Of a DNA stretch of 64,000 nt, positions 1 through 10,678 are shown in pieces; the stretch's first letter is position 1; the number at the start of each line of letters is the position of its first letter. The stretch lies in contig NW_008246105.1 of assembly GCF_000281045.1 (NCBI RefSeq), positions 467,762 through 531,761 of the forward strand. Direction: 5' to 3'. The notes under the pieces were generated by a model that saw only the letters and a program-made list of their open reading frames with translations, ran no database searches and was not told the DNA's origin. The stretch comes from Saprolegnia diclina VS20 (taxonomy: Eukaryota). The position numbers were made by a program, and so were the translations under genes.

Positions 1-226
1 ACAACGATGTAGGACGATGGAAGCGGCTGTTGAAAAGACGGGAATCCTCTGGGCATCCGTGGCTGGGCTTGCGCCTCGACGAGCTTCAGAGTGAGCGCAG
101 TTTGGACTGCGTCGTCGATCGTGACCGCTTCGACTATCGCACAAGATACATGTACCCCATCATCACGAGGAAGTTGGAGCTTACTAGCGTTGGTACAGTT
201 GCTAGTAGCCTGCAGACGAGCACAGT

Positions 227-296
227 GGTCGTTCGTTGGACGCATGTTCCCACGCGACTGGGGTCGTTCGTTGGACGCATGTTCCCACGCGACTGG
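227..296. repeat. Perfect 35-bp tandem duplication (2 copies)
   Basis: ggtcgttcgttggacgcatgttcccacgcgactgg occurs at 227-261 and again at 262-296. Confidence 0.95.
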
Positions 297-773
297 TGAC
301 GGTGTCTCTAAGCCCATCACACATAGCGTCGAAAGCTGTCATTTCGGGGCTCGGTACGGAGCCAAGTACGCAAGAGGAAGCGTTTCCTGCAGGTGCACTC
401 GGTGGAGCTGTGCGCTGCTTTGTCGAGGATGGCTCTATGCAGACAACATGTATAGCATTGAATTTCCACAAAACTCTAACGGCAGTGCGCCATAAACTCG
501 GAGCAAGTGCGTGAACGTGTACATTTTGTCTATCTATTGTTGATGCCAGTGTTGCATAAGCGTCTAAGACCTTAGAGCAGCCAAGTGCTACTAGAAGTGG
601 GGCGTTTGGTCGCCATTCAAAGTTGTTAACGGTTGACCTTGAGAGCCCAATGACGTGCTCCTCAAAGTCTTCTATGTTGATTGCATTTGGTCGCCAACTG
701 TAGACGTAGTCAAGCTGCATTAATCTACGGTAATTGAAACGAGGTTTATATACAGGACATCCTCGTCGACACG

Positions 774-1868
774 TTAAGGGTGGCTCCAACGCGATGGCAC
801 AGTCGTTGGCTCGGACGCGTTGGAGCTGCTGCTGGACGAGCCTTCCTTCGGCCCCCACACGGAATCATGCGGCGCAGACGCGTTCTTCGTCGAGTCTGAC
901 GATGAGATGTTCGACGGGACCACAAAGATGTGCCCAGCCACCTCCTTGGTCGTTGCTGAGGCAGATGTAGGCGCTGCGGTTGATGTCGTCGGCGCTGGGG
1001 TCGTCGTCGTCGGCTTCGGGGTCGTCGTCGTCGGCTTCGGGGTTTCCGTTGTCGGCTTGGGCGTCTCCGTCGTCGGCTTGGGCGTCTCCGTCGTCGGCTT
1101 GGGCGTCTCCGTCGTCGGCTTGGGTGTTTGTGTGGTCGGCTTGGGCGTTTCTGTGGTCGGCTTGGGCGTCACTGTTGTTACTGTCGGGGTAGTGTCCGCC
1201 GACGCATTCGTCTTCGAAGCGGGCAACACGACGATCGAGGACGAGTTCAACGAAACACTAGGCGTTGGCGCCACAGTCGCCGGCTTGGTCGTCGACGGAG
1301 CAGGCGTCAACGGGGCAGAGGTGGAAGGCGAAGGTGTCGAAGGGGCCGATGTCGACGGGGTTGACGTCACATCCGAGTGCGTCGGAGCCTGCGTCGGGAC
1401 CGTCGTTGGGGTGAGAGTCACAAAGCCGTGGGTCGCGTTCGAGGACGAGTTGACACCCAGAAGCGCAGGGCGGGTCGTCGAGTTGTCGTTCTTGGCGCCT
1501 GTGACCGTCGCCCAGGCCTTGGACACCTGGTCCGGGTTGAGCACCGCGACAACGACGCCCGACGTCACGAGGAGCGTCGCGAGCACCGCGAGGTACTTGC
1601 GCCCGTTGCCACCGCTCTTTTCGTACTTTTCTTTTTTGTTTTCCTTTTCGACAGGCGCCTCCTTGCCAATGAGCTCCGCGTCGCTCTTGGTCGAGCTCTT
1701 GGTGCTCGCGAGCTCAATGTCGTCGATGCCGGCGTCGTCCGCCGTGTTCTTCTCCGAGGCCTTGAGCAGCTCCGAGTCCTCAAAGACGTCCTTGGCGCCG
1801 GCCACGGGCGTCATCGCCGGGCCCGTCGTGAAGGCGGCGGGCGTCTCGACCGGCTCCGGTCGCATCAT
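774..1868 (-). CDS. Mucin-like type II membrane protein (acidic/Lys N-terminus, one TM helix, Thr/Pro-rich ectodomain)
   Basis: Single-exon ORF from ATG 1868. Basic patch GRK precedes the hydrophobic segment YLAVLATLLVTSGVVVAVL, followed by TTETPKP/TTTTPKP repeats and N-glycosylation sequons (NST, NSS, NAT). Confidence 0.75.
   Translation of the reverse strand: MMRPEPVETPAAFTTGPAMTPVAGAKDVFEDSELLKASEKNTADDAGIDDIELASTKSSTKSDAELIGKEAPVEKENKKEKYEKSGGNGRKYLAVLATLLVTSGVVVAVLNPDQVSKAWATVTGAKNDNSTTRPALLGVNSSSNATHGFVTLTPTTVPTQAPTHSDVTSTPSTSAPSTPSPSTSAPLTPAPSTTKPATVAPTPSVSLNSSSIVVLPASKTNASADTTPTVTTVTPKPTTETPKPTTQTPKPTTETPKPTTETPKPTTETPKPTTETPKPTTTTPKPTTTTPAPTTSTAAPTSASATTKEVAGHIFVVPSNISSSDSTKNASAPHDSVWGPKEGSSSSSSNASEPTTVPSRWSHP
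1000..1170 (-). repeat. 21-bp coding tandem repeat (TTETPKP, about 7-8 copies)
   Basis: Units of the form gtcgtcggcttgggcgtctcc are repeated inside the mucin ORF; boundaries approximate. Confidence 0.9.
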
Positions 1869-2751
1869 CGTCACTGCGCGAATCAGGTCACTCCTTTGAA
1901 AATGGACACGCTAGTATCCGGACCACATTTCACTTGCGACACGCCGCCAGTATTTTATTGAAGTACAGGCAATCCATACAAATATCAAGTCTACCGATTG
2001 CAATGGCAATTAAAATAGTGGACAAGCCGAACCGGTTCGGGAGAGATGGTAGCTGGAGTGTTTGCTCTTTCTGTTTAAAACACTGTATCTTTGGTCGTGT
2101 TGACGTGGCATCCGAGAGTCCTCAGCCCCTTGAACCTTGCGATGAGGGGCTGGGATAATCTGCCATAGCTCTTGCGTGTACATGCCAAGTCGAAGGTCGA
2201 GCTGTTTGACTTTTGAAATGGAGGGATGCTCACGGGGGTTAAATCCGAGAGCTTTGGACTCGACCCCTTCTCATGCCTTGCCAGGACAGGGGGGCCAGGT
2301 GCGGATGAAGAGAAATGTCATGCTGGACCAAGCACGCTTTTTCAACCCAAATGTTGCCAATGGACCCAAGACCAGTATCGTGTGGACGCATGGAGCTCTT
2401 CCGTGCGGACGATTCACGATGTTGGGAGCGTCTCGCTTTCGTTTTCATGGTGCAATAAGCTCTGCGTGTGCGCTTCTATGCATGTACGTACCCATTTTAA
2501 ACCACTAGCACGATGGTGTTGCAAGCATCGAGATGGAATTGCGCTGTTTGCTCTTCGCTTACTTGTGCAGCGCTGGTCACTGCACACGCAAGAATGGGAC
2601 GGAAGAGCCAGACGCTTGGTCCACGTTCCGCTCTCACCTGTTGCATTGCGTGTATAAAACACGTTGCAGGTAGCCAATCAGAAAGAGGCAATTGACTGGT
2701 CATAAACTTTGAAAAAGCGCCAAGTCGGTGCCAAACGCGATCTGCCGCAGC

Positions 2752-3348
2752 ATGTCCGACATCTTGAACACAATCGTGGCCGCCCAGGCGCCGCCTTCGA
2801 ACCAGTGGGAGTACTTTGAGCTTGGCGTGAAGCTCACGCTTGCGCGATGGACGGCGCTCCGCATGGCCATGGAAGGCGAGTGGGGCGGCGGCGACATGAA
2901 GCGCAAGTGCGAGATTCTCCTCGAGGAAATCCTCCACCTCTTCAAGTACCAGAAGCAGGTGCTCTTTGACGACTTGGCCGTGAACATTGAAGACTACATT
3001 GAGAGCGAGTTTGGCCTCGTGTGCGAAGATGGCAGTGTCGACGAAGTGGCCAAGGTGCTTTGCGCCTGCGCCGAAGAGTGCAAGCAGGGCCAGATCGAGC
3101 GCATCCGCCAGCTCAAGGAACAGTTCGAGACCTCGACGTTCGCAATCGACCTGAAGCGCGCCAAGATCCAGCAGGAGCAAGAGTTTCTGCAGCGCGCGGC
3201 CATGGTCGCCGAGAACGGCGGTGAAATGGAAGTCGACGACACGCCGGCGGTCGACGAGGACGGCTTCCAAACGATTCGTCGCTCGACGCGCAAGAAGGCA
3301 CAGCCCAAGTTTTACGATCCTGCAGTCCAATTCCCCGGCGCTCAGTAA
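2752..3348 (+). CDS. TSR2: Pre-rRNA-processing protein TSR2
   Basis: Motifs WTALRMAMEGEWGG, IESEFGLVCEDGSVDEVA and the C-terminal VDEDGFQTIRR match the TSR2/WGG family. ATG 2752; CCAAT box near 2674. Confidence 0.9.
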   Translation: MSDILNTIVAAQAPPSNQWEYFELGVKLTLARWTALRMAMEGEWGGGDMKRKCEILLEEILHLFKYQKQVLFDDLAVNIEDYIESEFGLVCEDGSVDEVAKVLCACAEECKQGQIERIRQLKEQFETSTFAIDLKRAKIQQEQEFLQRAAMVAENGGEMEVDDTPAVDEDGFQTIRRSTRKKAQPKFYDPAVQFPGAQ

Positions 3349-3737
3349 ACCCAAATGTATCTATGCTCGCACGCGACTCTTCCAATATTGCATCTCATTT
3401 TGTACACACTTCGCCTGCGCAGCGCACTCCCACACTGCGCCCAGATAATTACACTACCTTTGAGGATCTCCAGGAGCGGCGTCAACGTGCGCAGGCCCAC
3501 ACAGCGCTGTTGGCGGCCAGCGGCGCCGCAGTGTGCGCACCTCACACTAATTGCGGCAGATCCCATCAATGTACCCGTACACGTACATTGTACTGTAATG
3601 TACGCCTTTTGGTATCTGTAATATATCAAGATCGATGGGAATGTACGGTAATGGACGATCCTGTGATTACCGGAGGCAATATTTTGGCTGGCCAACACTG
3701 CGAGACCAACCAACTCGAGCTTTCTTCGTAAATAGCG

Positions 3738-4725
3738 ATGTCGCTTGTCCGTGCCTTCCAAGCCCTCCGCGTGGCGGCGCCCGCCCGCGCCTTCTCGGCG
3801 GCTGCCTCGCTGCCCGCCAACCTTCTCTTGGCCCAGGAGAAGCCCAAGCCGGAGCCTCGCTTCGTGACCCGCGAGCCGCTCACCTTTGACGCGGCTGGCA
3901 ACGTGCAGGCCAAGCTCCTCTCGTTCACGGACGGCTCGGAAGTTGGCACGCTCGCGTTGAACCGCAGGTAGACAAGATGCAACTGGCTTCAAGACCTCAT
4001 GCGCGTATCGTAGCGTCTTTGGCGCCCCGATCCGCAAGGACATCTTGCACCGCGTCGTCAAGTGGCAATTGGCCAACCGCCGGTCGGGCAACCACAAGAC
4101 GAAGACCCGCTCGGAAGTGAGCGGCTCGACGCGCAAGGCATGGGCACAGAAGGGTTCGGGCCGCGCCCGTGTCGGCAACATCCGGTACGTTCGCCTCTCG
4201 CAGCCATGGTTGCCTCATGCGTGCCTTGCCCAGTCCGCCGCAGTGGCGAGGTGGTTACCGCGCTCACGGCCCCGTCGTGCGCGACCACTCGTACAGCTTG
4301 CCCAAGAAGGGTACGTCCTATGTTCTGTAAAGCTCCTTCGACTCATGCACGTGTGCAGTCCGTGCCATGGGCCTCCGCGTTGCGCTCTCGACTAAGCTCG
4401 CCGAAGGCAAGTTGGCGATCGTCAAGGAGCTCGACGTCGAGGTTAGACAATGCTGCCACCTAGTCTCTTGTCTCATCGGCCTTTTGTGTAGACGGGCAAG
4501 ACCAAGTCGATGAAGGCCTTGTTGGAAGCCAAGGGCTGGGACGACGCGCTCTTCGTTGACGGCGAGGAAGCGCCCAAGAACTTTGTGCTTGCGACGCGCA
4601 ACCTCGCGCGCGTCGACGTCCTCCGCGAGCACCAGGTCAACGTGTACTCGATCCTGCACAAGGACATCCTCGTCCTTTCGGAGAAGACGGTCAAGTACCT
4701 CGAGGAGCGCTTGGCCGTCGAGTAA
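3738..4725 (+). CDS. MRPL4: Mitochondrial ribosomal protein uL4m (multi-exon)
   Basis: Presequence-like [20 protein letters not shown]; bacterial-type L4 motifs [45 protein letters not shown] and NFVLATRNL...[15 protein letters not shown]; several short introns. Confidence 0.93.
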
Positions 4726-4793
4726 GACGCCGTCGACCGTTGACTCGAGTTCGTAGTAGAAGAAGTAGATAACGCAAACGAACTCCTCTGTTC

Positions 4794-5697
4794 TTAGTTA
4801 GCCCTCTCTCGATTGTAGTAGCCAGGAGCAACGTTCTCCTGGTTGGGCACGCCGTAGGTAGAGGTGTCGCGACGGCTTGGCGTCACAGGTTTTGAGTCGC
4901 CCGAGAGCTGCGACACGGTGTGCTTGAGCTTGACGATGTGCTTGACCGCTTGCTTGAAGTCGTCGCGAAGAGCCGTATGCGCATGTGTGAGCGATTGCAA
5001 GTCCTACGACGCGTGTACGGAGTCGCCGTACCGTCAAGGCGAGACGTACCTCGTGGAGCTTCTGGATGGTTTGGTCTTGCTGCAGGCGGGCGTCGCGTTC
5101 GCGCTGGAGTTCTTGCTGGAGCTAGAGTCATCCATGCACAGCTGTCAGCCTCGATGCAAGGTACGAGGCTGCGAAAACCTGCTCGACAAGCGCCATGACG
5201 TGGTGACTGGTGTCTCTCGCTTCGAGCTGCGCCGTCGTTGTGTCCATTGTGTTGTCAGCACCGAGATAGTTGCCCTCGTAAGCGTCATGATGAGCGCGAA
5301 CCTCGTGATCCGCATCATTCGCCACCGCGCTCTCGTCGAATTCGTTGGCTTGGAGCTCGAGCGACACGAGCATTTGGTCCATGCGGTCGATCTCGCGCTG
5401 CAGTTCTTGCTTCTGGAGATCACCCGAGAGCATCGGCATGGGTGGACGACGCAAGTGGTGCTGGAAGGTATCCCTTTGCTGCGGCGGCGCCGTCATGGCG
5501 CGCTGCATGGCCGGCGCGGGCATGGCGCGCCGGGGCAGCTCGGTCGGGATTTTGGTCAGCATCTGGATCTTCTTCTTCAGAAGCTGGTCCTGGTTGAGCT
5601 GGTACGATGCTGCGTCGGTGAGGTACGCGTTCCACTCGGGCCGGCGGCGCGCCGGTGCTTTCGCCGCCGTCTTGGTTGGCTTCCGCTGCGCCTTCAT
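4794..5697 (-). CDS. Coiled-coil hypothetical protein, N-terminus possibly SPICE1-like (3 exons)
   Basis: ATG 5697 (MKAQRKPTK). Two GT-AG introns join ...ALVEQ|LQQELQRERDARLQQDQTIQKLHE|DLQSLTHAHT...RERAN*. The segment RRRPEWNAYLTD..YQLNQDQLLKKK resembles the SPICE N-terminal motif; that product call is weak. Confidence 0.6.
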
Positions 5698-6087
5698 CGC
5701 CTCTTGCCAATGGCACACGTCCAGGCTGTTTGGCAGGGACAGCAATTACCTTAATCAAGTAGCTTCTGTGGGACATGCCAGGGTTTTGCCATCGCGCCCA
5801 GTTTTCTGTGACATCGATGCCCGAGCCGTACGCTGTCGCAGCGTCCACAACTGAATCTCGTAGCTCTCTCCAATCCTTGTCAAATACTGCGTAATTCCAG
5901 GGCCACGAGGCCTCAACCGACAAGATCGGCGGAGGGCAAGAGAGAGTGCTCATGTATGTACTTGGATACGACAATTAGCTCATATCTGATTGGCTCTCAC
6001 CACCAGTTTTGTCGCAGAAAGGCAACGTATCAAGTTGTATGCACCTGCGAAACGGCGCGTATAATTAGCTGACGTCCCGCACAAGTC

Positions 6088-8237
6088 ATGGCAGCCATGG
6101 CCGCGTCGCTGGGTCCGACGGAGCACGACATTGACGTCGACATCCCGCTGACGTGGCGCAAGGTGCTGCTCACAGTCGGCTCGTACTTCCTCTTCTTCAC
6201 CGACATTCCGCGGTCCGGGCTGGGCTTTGCGACGCTTCCTGCCGGCTACGTCTCGGCGACCGAGACCACGTACGTGGACTTTGGCCCGTACCATTACCCG
6301 ATCATCACCATGCTGCGGCTTCCCAACGGTACAATAGTCCTTGCGAGTGCGTGCGCTGAGGCGTGTAGGCTCGATCGTGGCTTCGTCGCCGACGGCCAAA
6401 GTGTGGAGCTACAAGTTTGACACGTGCTCGGTGGGCCTGCGCACGCTCGTCACCTCCCGCAGCATGACGAGCTGGTATCTTTATCCTTGCTCTGGTAGCG
6501 CTGGACATGGGATTGGTAGGGACCCTTGCTTCTTATACGCGGCCGACTGCCCAGCGACGACCGTCGACCCTCCAACGCTCTTCCCCATGCTCGATGACGT
6601 CGTCTCCAGCATCGCGCAGCTACCCACCGCTGCGTGGCGCATCAATTACCTCTTTGCCGACAACATCAACGACTTCTTCTCGTTCGGACCGTTCAAGGAG
6701 CGCGACTGGCGGAGTGTCATGACCCACTACGTACCGACATCAAGAACGCGCATCTGCGACCCGACCCATCTACCACGACCGTGCTTCTGCGACCAGTTGT
6801 GGACCAACTTTGGCGCGCTCGGTACGAGCCATTTCGCTCGCCATCTCGACGACTCAGCACTCTGTTCTGACTTGGTGTCTGGTAGGCGTCGAGGGCATCG
6901 GCTGGATCGTCGACGACATGCAGAGCAAGCTGCGTTTGCAGGAAGACCGTATCGACAATAAGACGCAGCGGATCGATATGGCGATCGTCGAGTCCTTTGA
7001 CGACTTTCGCGCGTGGAGCGGCGGCGTCGCCAAGGCGTACGCAAGCCCGTTCGACGTCGTGGCGCTCCTCCGCGTCCAAAACTGCTCGGACGTCCCCGCG
7101 CGCACCAACTGCTCGACGGTGTTTCTCGCCGACTACCGGTACGAAGGCGGCGTCGGGCGCACAAATACCCTCTACTGGTATGGCATTGCGCACGCACTTC
7201 GGCTCGTTGGCCAGATGTACAACATCGTTCGTGCCTGCACGCTCCTCGCGGGCTGTTACTATGCGCGGTGCACCGAAGACAAGTATCTGAATGCGTCGCT
7301 GCGCCAGCGGCTTCTTGGCGCGCTCTGCACGGGTCTCCGCATTCCCGCCCAAGTCATCATCTACGGCAGCTGGTTGCCCGTGCTTCTCTTTGCGATCGCG
7401 CACCTGATCGACTCGCCGTTTCTGTACTTTACCATCTACATGGACCTCGGCACGCTCAACGGGTCGACCCGGTTCGTGCCGAGTCAGATCTACACCTTTT
7501 GGGTCCTCCTCACCTGTCATATGCGCAACGTGTGGGTGCTCAGCCTCGTGACCAAGGGCATTTTGCTCGCCGTCGACCGCCACCGGCGCCAAACGATCCT
7601 CGGCTTCCGCGGGTACCTCCTCCCAGTCGTCTCGTTTCTCTCGGTGCTCTTTGAGATCCGCCTCATTGTTCTCCGCAATACGCACGTGCTTCGCATTGTC
7701 CCTGCGCACCCGAGCGGCCTGACGCTTTTCGTTCGAGAACTGCACTCGATTCCCAGCAATTTCAAGTTTTGGGGTGTCTACTCGGACGTCAAGAACCTCT
7801 TCATCTCGTGGTGCGCCGTGTACTTGGTGTTTGGCGGTCTCCTCGGGCAGCCGCTGAGCTTCCACACGAACGTACCGAACTCGGTCCTGCGCTTTGGCAG
7901 CCGCAGCATGTTTAGCACCTCGTGGCACACGGTCGCACCGCACGGGTCGCTGTACCACAGCCGCGTTCAGTGCCATGGCCGCGTCTCGGCGGCGCGCAGG
8001 TCGCTGCATGCGCTCGTGCACATTGCGTGGATGACCGACCCGCTGCAGTACGTTCTCTTGCTCTGGACGCAGCCCGTCGTGTTTCGCTATCGCGTGGCAC
8101 CGTCCAACCACATTATATACCACGCGCTGCCATGGCGGGAGCTGCGCCGCCTGCACGGCGATGTCGACCACCTCGAAGGCGTCGGGCAGGCGTTGCTCAT
8201 GAAACTGCCTTGGCGCGAACGGATCTACTGCCAGTGA
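6088..8237 (+). CDS. Uncharacterised multi-pass membrane protein, tandem paralog 1
   Basis: Introns 6329-6368, 6475-6519 and 6822-6885 give a continuous frame. Family motifs FFTDIPRSG, VWSYKFDTCSVGLRT, DYRYEGG, LTCHMRNVW, GFRGYLLP, WMTDP and LPW.ERI.C are shared with paralogs 2-4. Confidence 0.9.
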
Positions 8238-8274
8238 AACTGACACACCGAGACAGGCGGCAACCGACGCGTGT

Positions 8275-10370
8275 ATGGGCGGTGACATTGACGCCGACAT
8301 CAAGCTGCCGTGGAGTCGCGTCTTCCTCGCAGTGATCTCGTACGGCCTCTTCTTCACCGACATTCCGCGCAGCAGCCTCGGGTTCCCGGTGCTTCCCAGC
8401 GGCTTCCACAGCACCACCGAGTCGCTCTACTCGAGCTTTGGACCGTACGCGTATCCGATCATTGGCATCACCAAAACCACGTCCGGTGCGGCCACGGCCT
8501 CGTTCGTATCAGAGCTTATTTGGCGTCATGTAGGCGCCTACGTCGGATCGATCCCGCTGGCCAAAGTCTGGAGCTACAAGTACGATACGTGCTCCGTGGG
8601 GCTGCGCACGGTCGTCTCGCAGCGCAACGCCTCTGGCTGGTACAGAGCTTAGACTCTATAGCCGCTGCAGAGTGTACCCCTAGGGACCCGTGCCTCGTGT
8701 ACGAAGCCGAGTGCAATACGACGATGCTGACGCCCAAGAGTGTTTTTACGATGCTCGACAATGTTGTTGCCGCGGTCGTCGCCGCGCCGTCGCTCACGTG
8801 GCGCGTCAGCTACTACTTCTACGACATCATCAACGACCTCTTTGCGTTCGGCACGTTCAAGGAGCGCGACTGGCGCACGGTGCGGACGCACTACGTTCCA
8901 TCGCCGGAGGTTGACGTCTGCGACCCGACGTGCGTGACGCGACCCTTCTTTTGCGAGCAGCTCTGGACCGACTTTGGCGCACTCGGTACTCGCTTCGAAC
9001 CCCACGTTCCTCGCTTTCTAGTGTGAATAGGCGTCGAGAGCACGGGCCGCATCGTTGACGACATTCGAATGCAATTCCGAGCCAAAGTCAACGCGTCTAA
9101 TGCGAGCCACCAGCGCGTCGAGCTCGTCATCCTCGAAGCCATCGATGACATTCGGCCGTGGGGCGGCGGCTTTGCAAAGTCGTTTGCGTCCGCGTACGAC
9201 GTCGTCGCGCTTCTTCGCGTCCAAAACTGCTCGTCCGCCAACAGCGTCGCGTGCGAGACCGTCTTTGTTTCGGACTACCGGTACGAAGGCGGGTTTGCCA
9301 AGACAAATACGATGACGTACTACGGTATCACGCACATTTTACGGCTTTTTGGCCAAACGTACAACATTTGCCGGGCGCTGACGCTCTTCCTCGGGTGCTA
9401 CTGGGCGCGGGCGGCCGAGCCCAAGTACGCCACGGCATCTTTCTTTCGACGACTCGTGTGTGCGGTGCGGACCTTCTTGCGCATCCCGGCGCAGGTGGTG
9501 ATCCACGGCAGCTGGCTGCCCGTCGCCGTCTTTGTCGTTGCGCACTTGATCGACTCGCCGCTCTTGTACTACTGCATCTTTATGCAGCTCGGCCCGCTCA
9601 ATGGCGCGACGCGCTTCACGCCGGACCAGATTTATTCGTTCTGGGTCTTGCTCACGTGCCACATGCGCAACGTTTGGGTGCTCAGCCTTGCGACCAAATG
9701 TATTTTGCTCGCTGTGGACCAGCGCCGGCATCAGACGATCCTCGGCTTTCGCGGGTACCTCCTTCCGTGCGTCTCGTTCTGTTCCATCTTTTTCGAGCTT
9801 CGCTTGACGTCGCTTCGGCGCACAGACCTTCTCTCGGCGGTACATGCAAACCCGAGCTTGTCGACGACATTAGTCCGCGAAATGCAAGCGATCCCGAGCA
9901 ACTACCGCTACTGGGGCGCGTTCTCCGACATCAAAACCCTCTTTTTGTCGTGGAGCGCCGTGTACATCATCTTTGGCGGGCTGCTGCGGCGCCGCCTCGG
10001 GTTCCGCACCACAGTGCCGTTCACGCTGTTGCGCTACTGCAACCGGAGCATGTTTAGCACGGCCTGGAATGCTCTCGCGCCAGAGACCGCAGCCGTCGCG
10101 CCGGCGACGGACCTCAGCAGCATGCGCCAGTCGCTCAACGCGCTCATGCACATCACGTGGATGACCGACCCGCTGCAGTATATCATGCTGCGCTGGAACC
10201 AACCGGTTGTGTACGTCTACCGCCACAAGACCACGGGCTCGCGGATCCACCACCCGCTCTCACCCCGAGAGCTCGCGCGCCAAGATGCCTCGCTGAGCGC
10301 GTCGGTCGAAGTGATCGGCCAAGTGCTCATGATGGAGCTGCCGTGGGCCGACCGCATCTACTGCCACTAG
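8275..10370 (+). CDS. Uncharacterised multi-pass membrane protein, tandem paralog 2
   Basis: Introns 8486-8533, 8640-8683 and 8986-9030 lie at the same codon positions as in paralog 1; same motifs. Confidence 0.9.
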
Positions 10371-10610
10371 CTCCAGATAAGAAATCGGCGACGGCTCAAG
10401 TCGCAAGGACGTGGTGAGCAGAAGAGCGAACGTCGGTGCCCACCACCGCGCTCGGGCCCTCTTTCCGAAGCTCGCACCCCATTTGAGCCAGCAAGGGTGC
10501 GTCGGGCCAGCAACACCGCGGTAGCTCGCAAGGTAGCGAGGACTCTCGCGTTGCCAAGACCTGCGCCGGCTCTGCATGACAAACTGACCATTGACGACCG
10601 ACGAACGCGG

Positions 10611-10630
10611 TGATTGGCTGCTATAAATAG
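10611..10630 (+). promoter_or_regulatory. Reverse CCAAT box plus TATA-like element upstream of paralog 3
   Basis: tgattggc at 10611-10618 is followed by ctataaatag at 10621-10630, about 50 nt before ATG 10679. Confidence 0.55.
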
Positions 10631-10678
10631 CGCAGACAGGCGGTCGTCCAAAGCCAAACGCAAAACGAACGCGCCGAC

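Noticed and set aside
227..296. 35-bp direct repeat as a CRISPR-like array
   Set aside because: Two adjacent copies, no spacer, no cas genes, eukaryotic context; simple duplication or assembly artefact.
202..770. Minus-strand frame with lower GC and atypical codon use; possible decayed transposon fragment
   Set aside because: No recognisable transposase, RT or integrase motif, terminal repeat or good start; cannot be supported without a search.
820..1899. Long antisense ORFs (820-1899, 6717-8417, 19796-21253, 42344-43744, 51154-52014, 55920-56942 and others)
   Set aside because: Shadows of GC-biased codon usage on the opposite strand of genes with clear family motifs.
8234..8256. GT..ctgac..AG mini-intron that would remove the paralog 1 stop
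   Set aside because: Only 23 nt, far shorter than local introns, and the result is not in frame with paralog 2.
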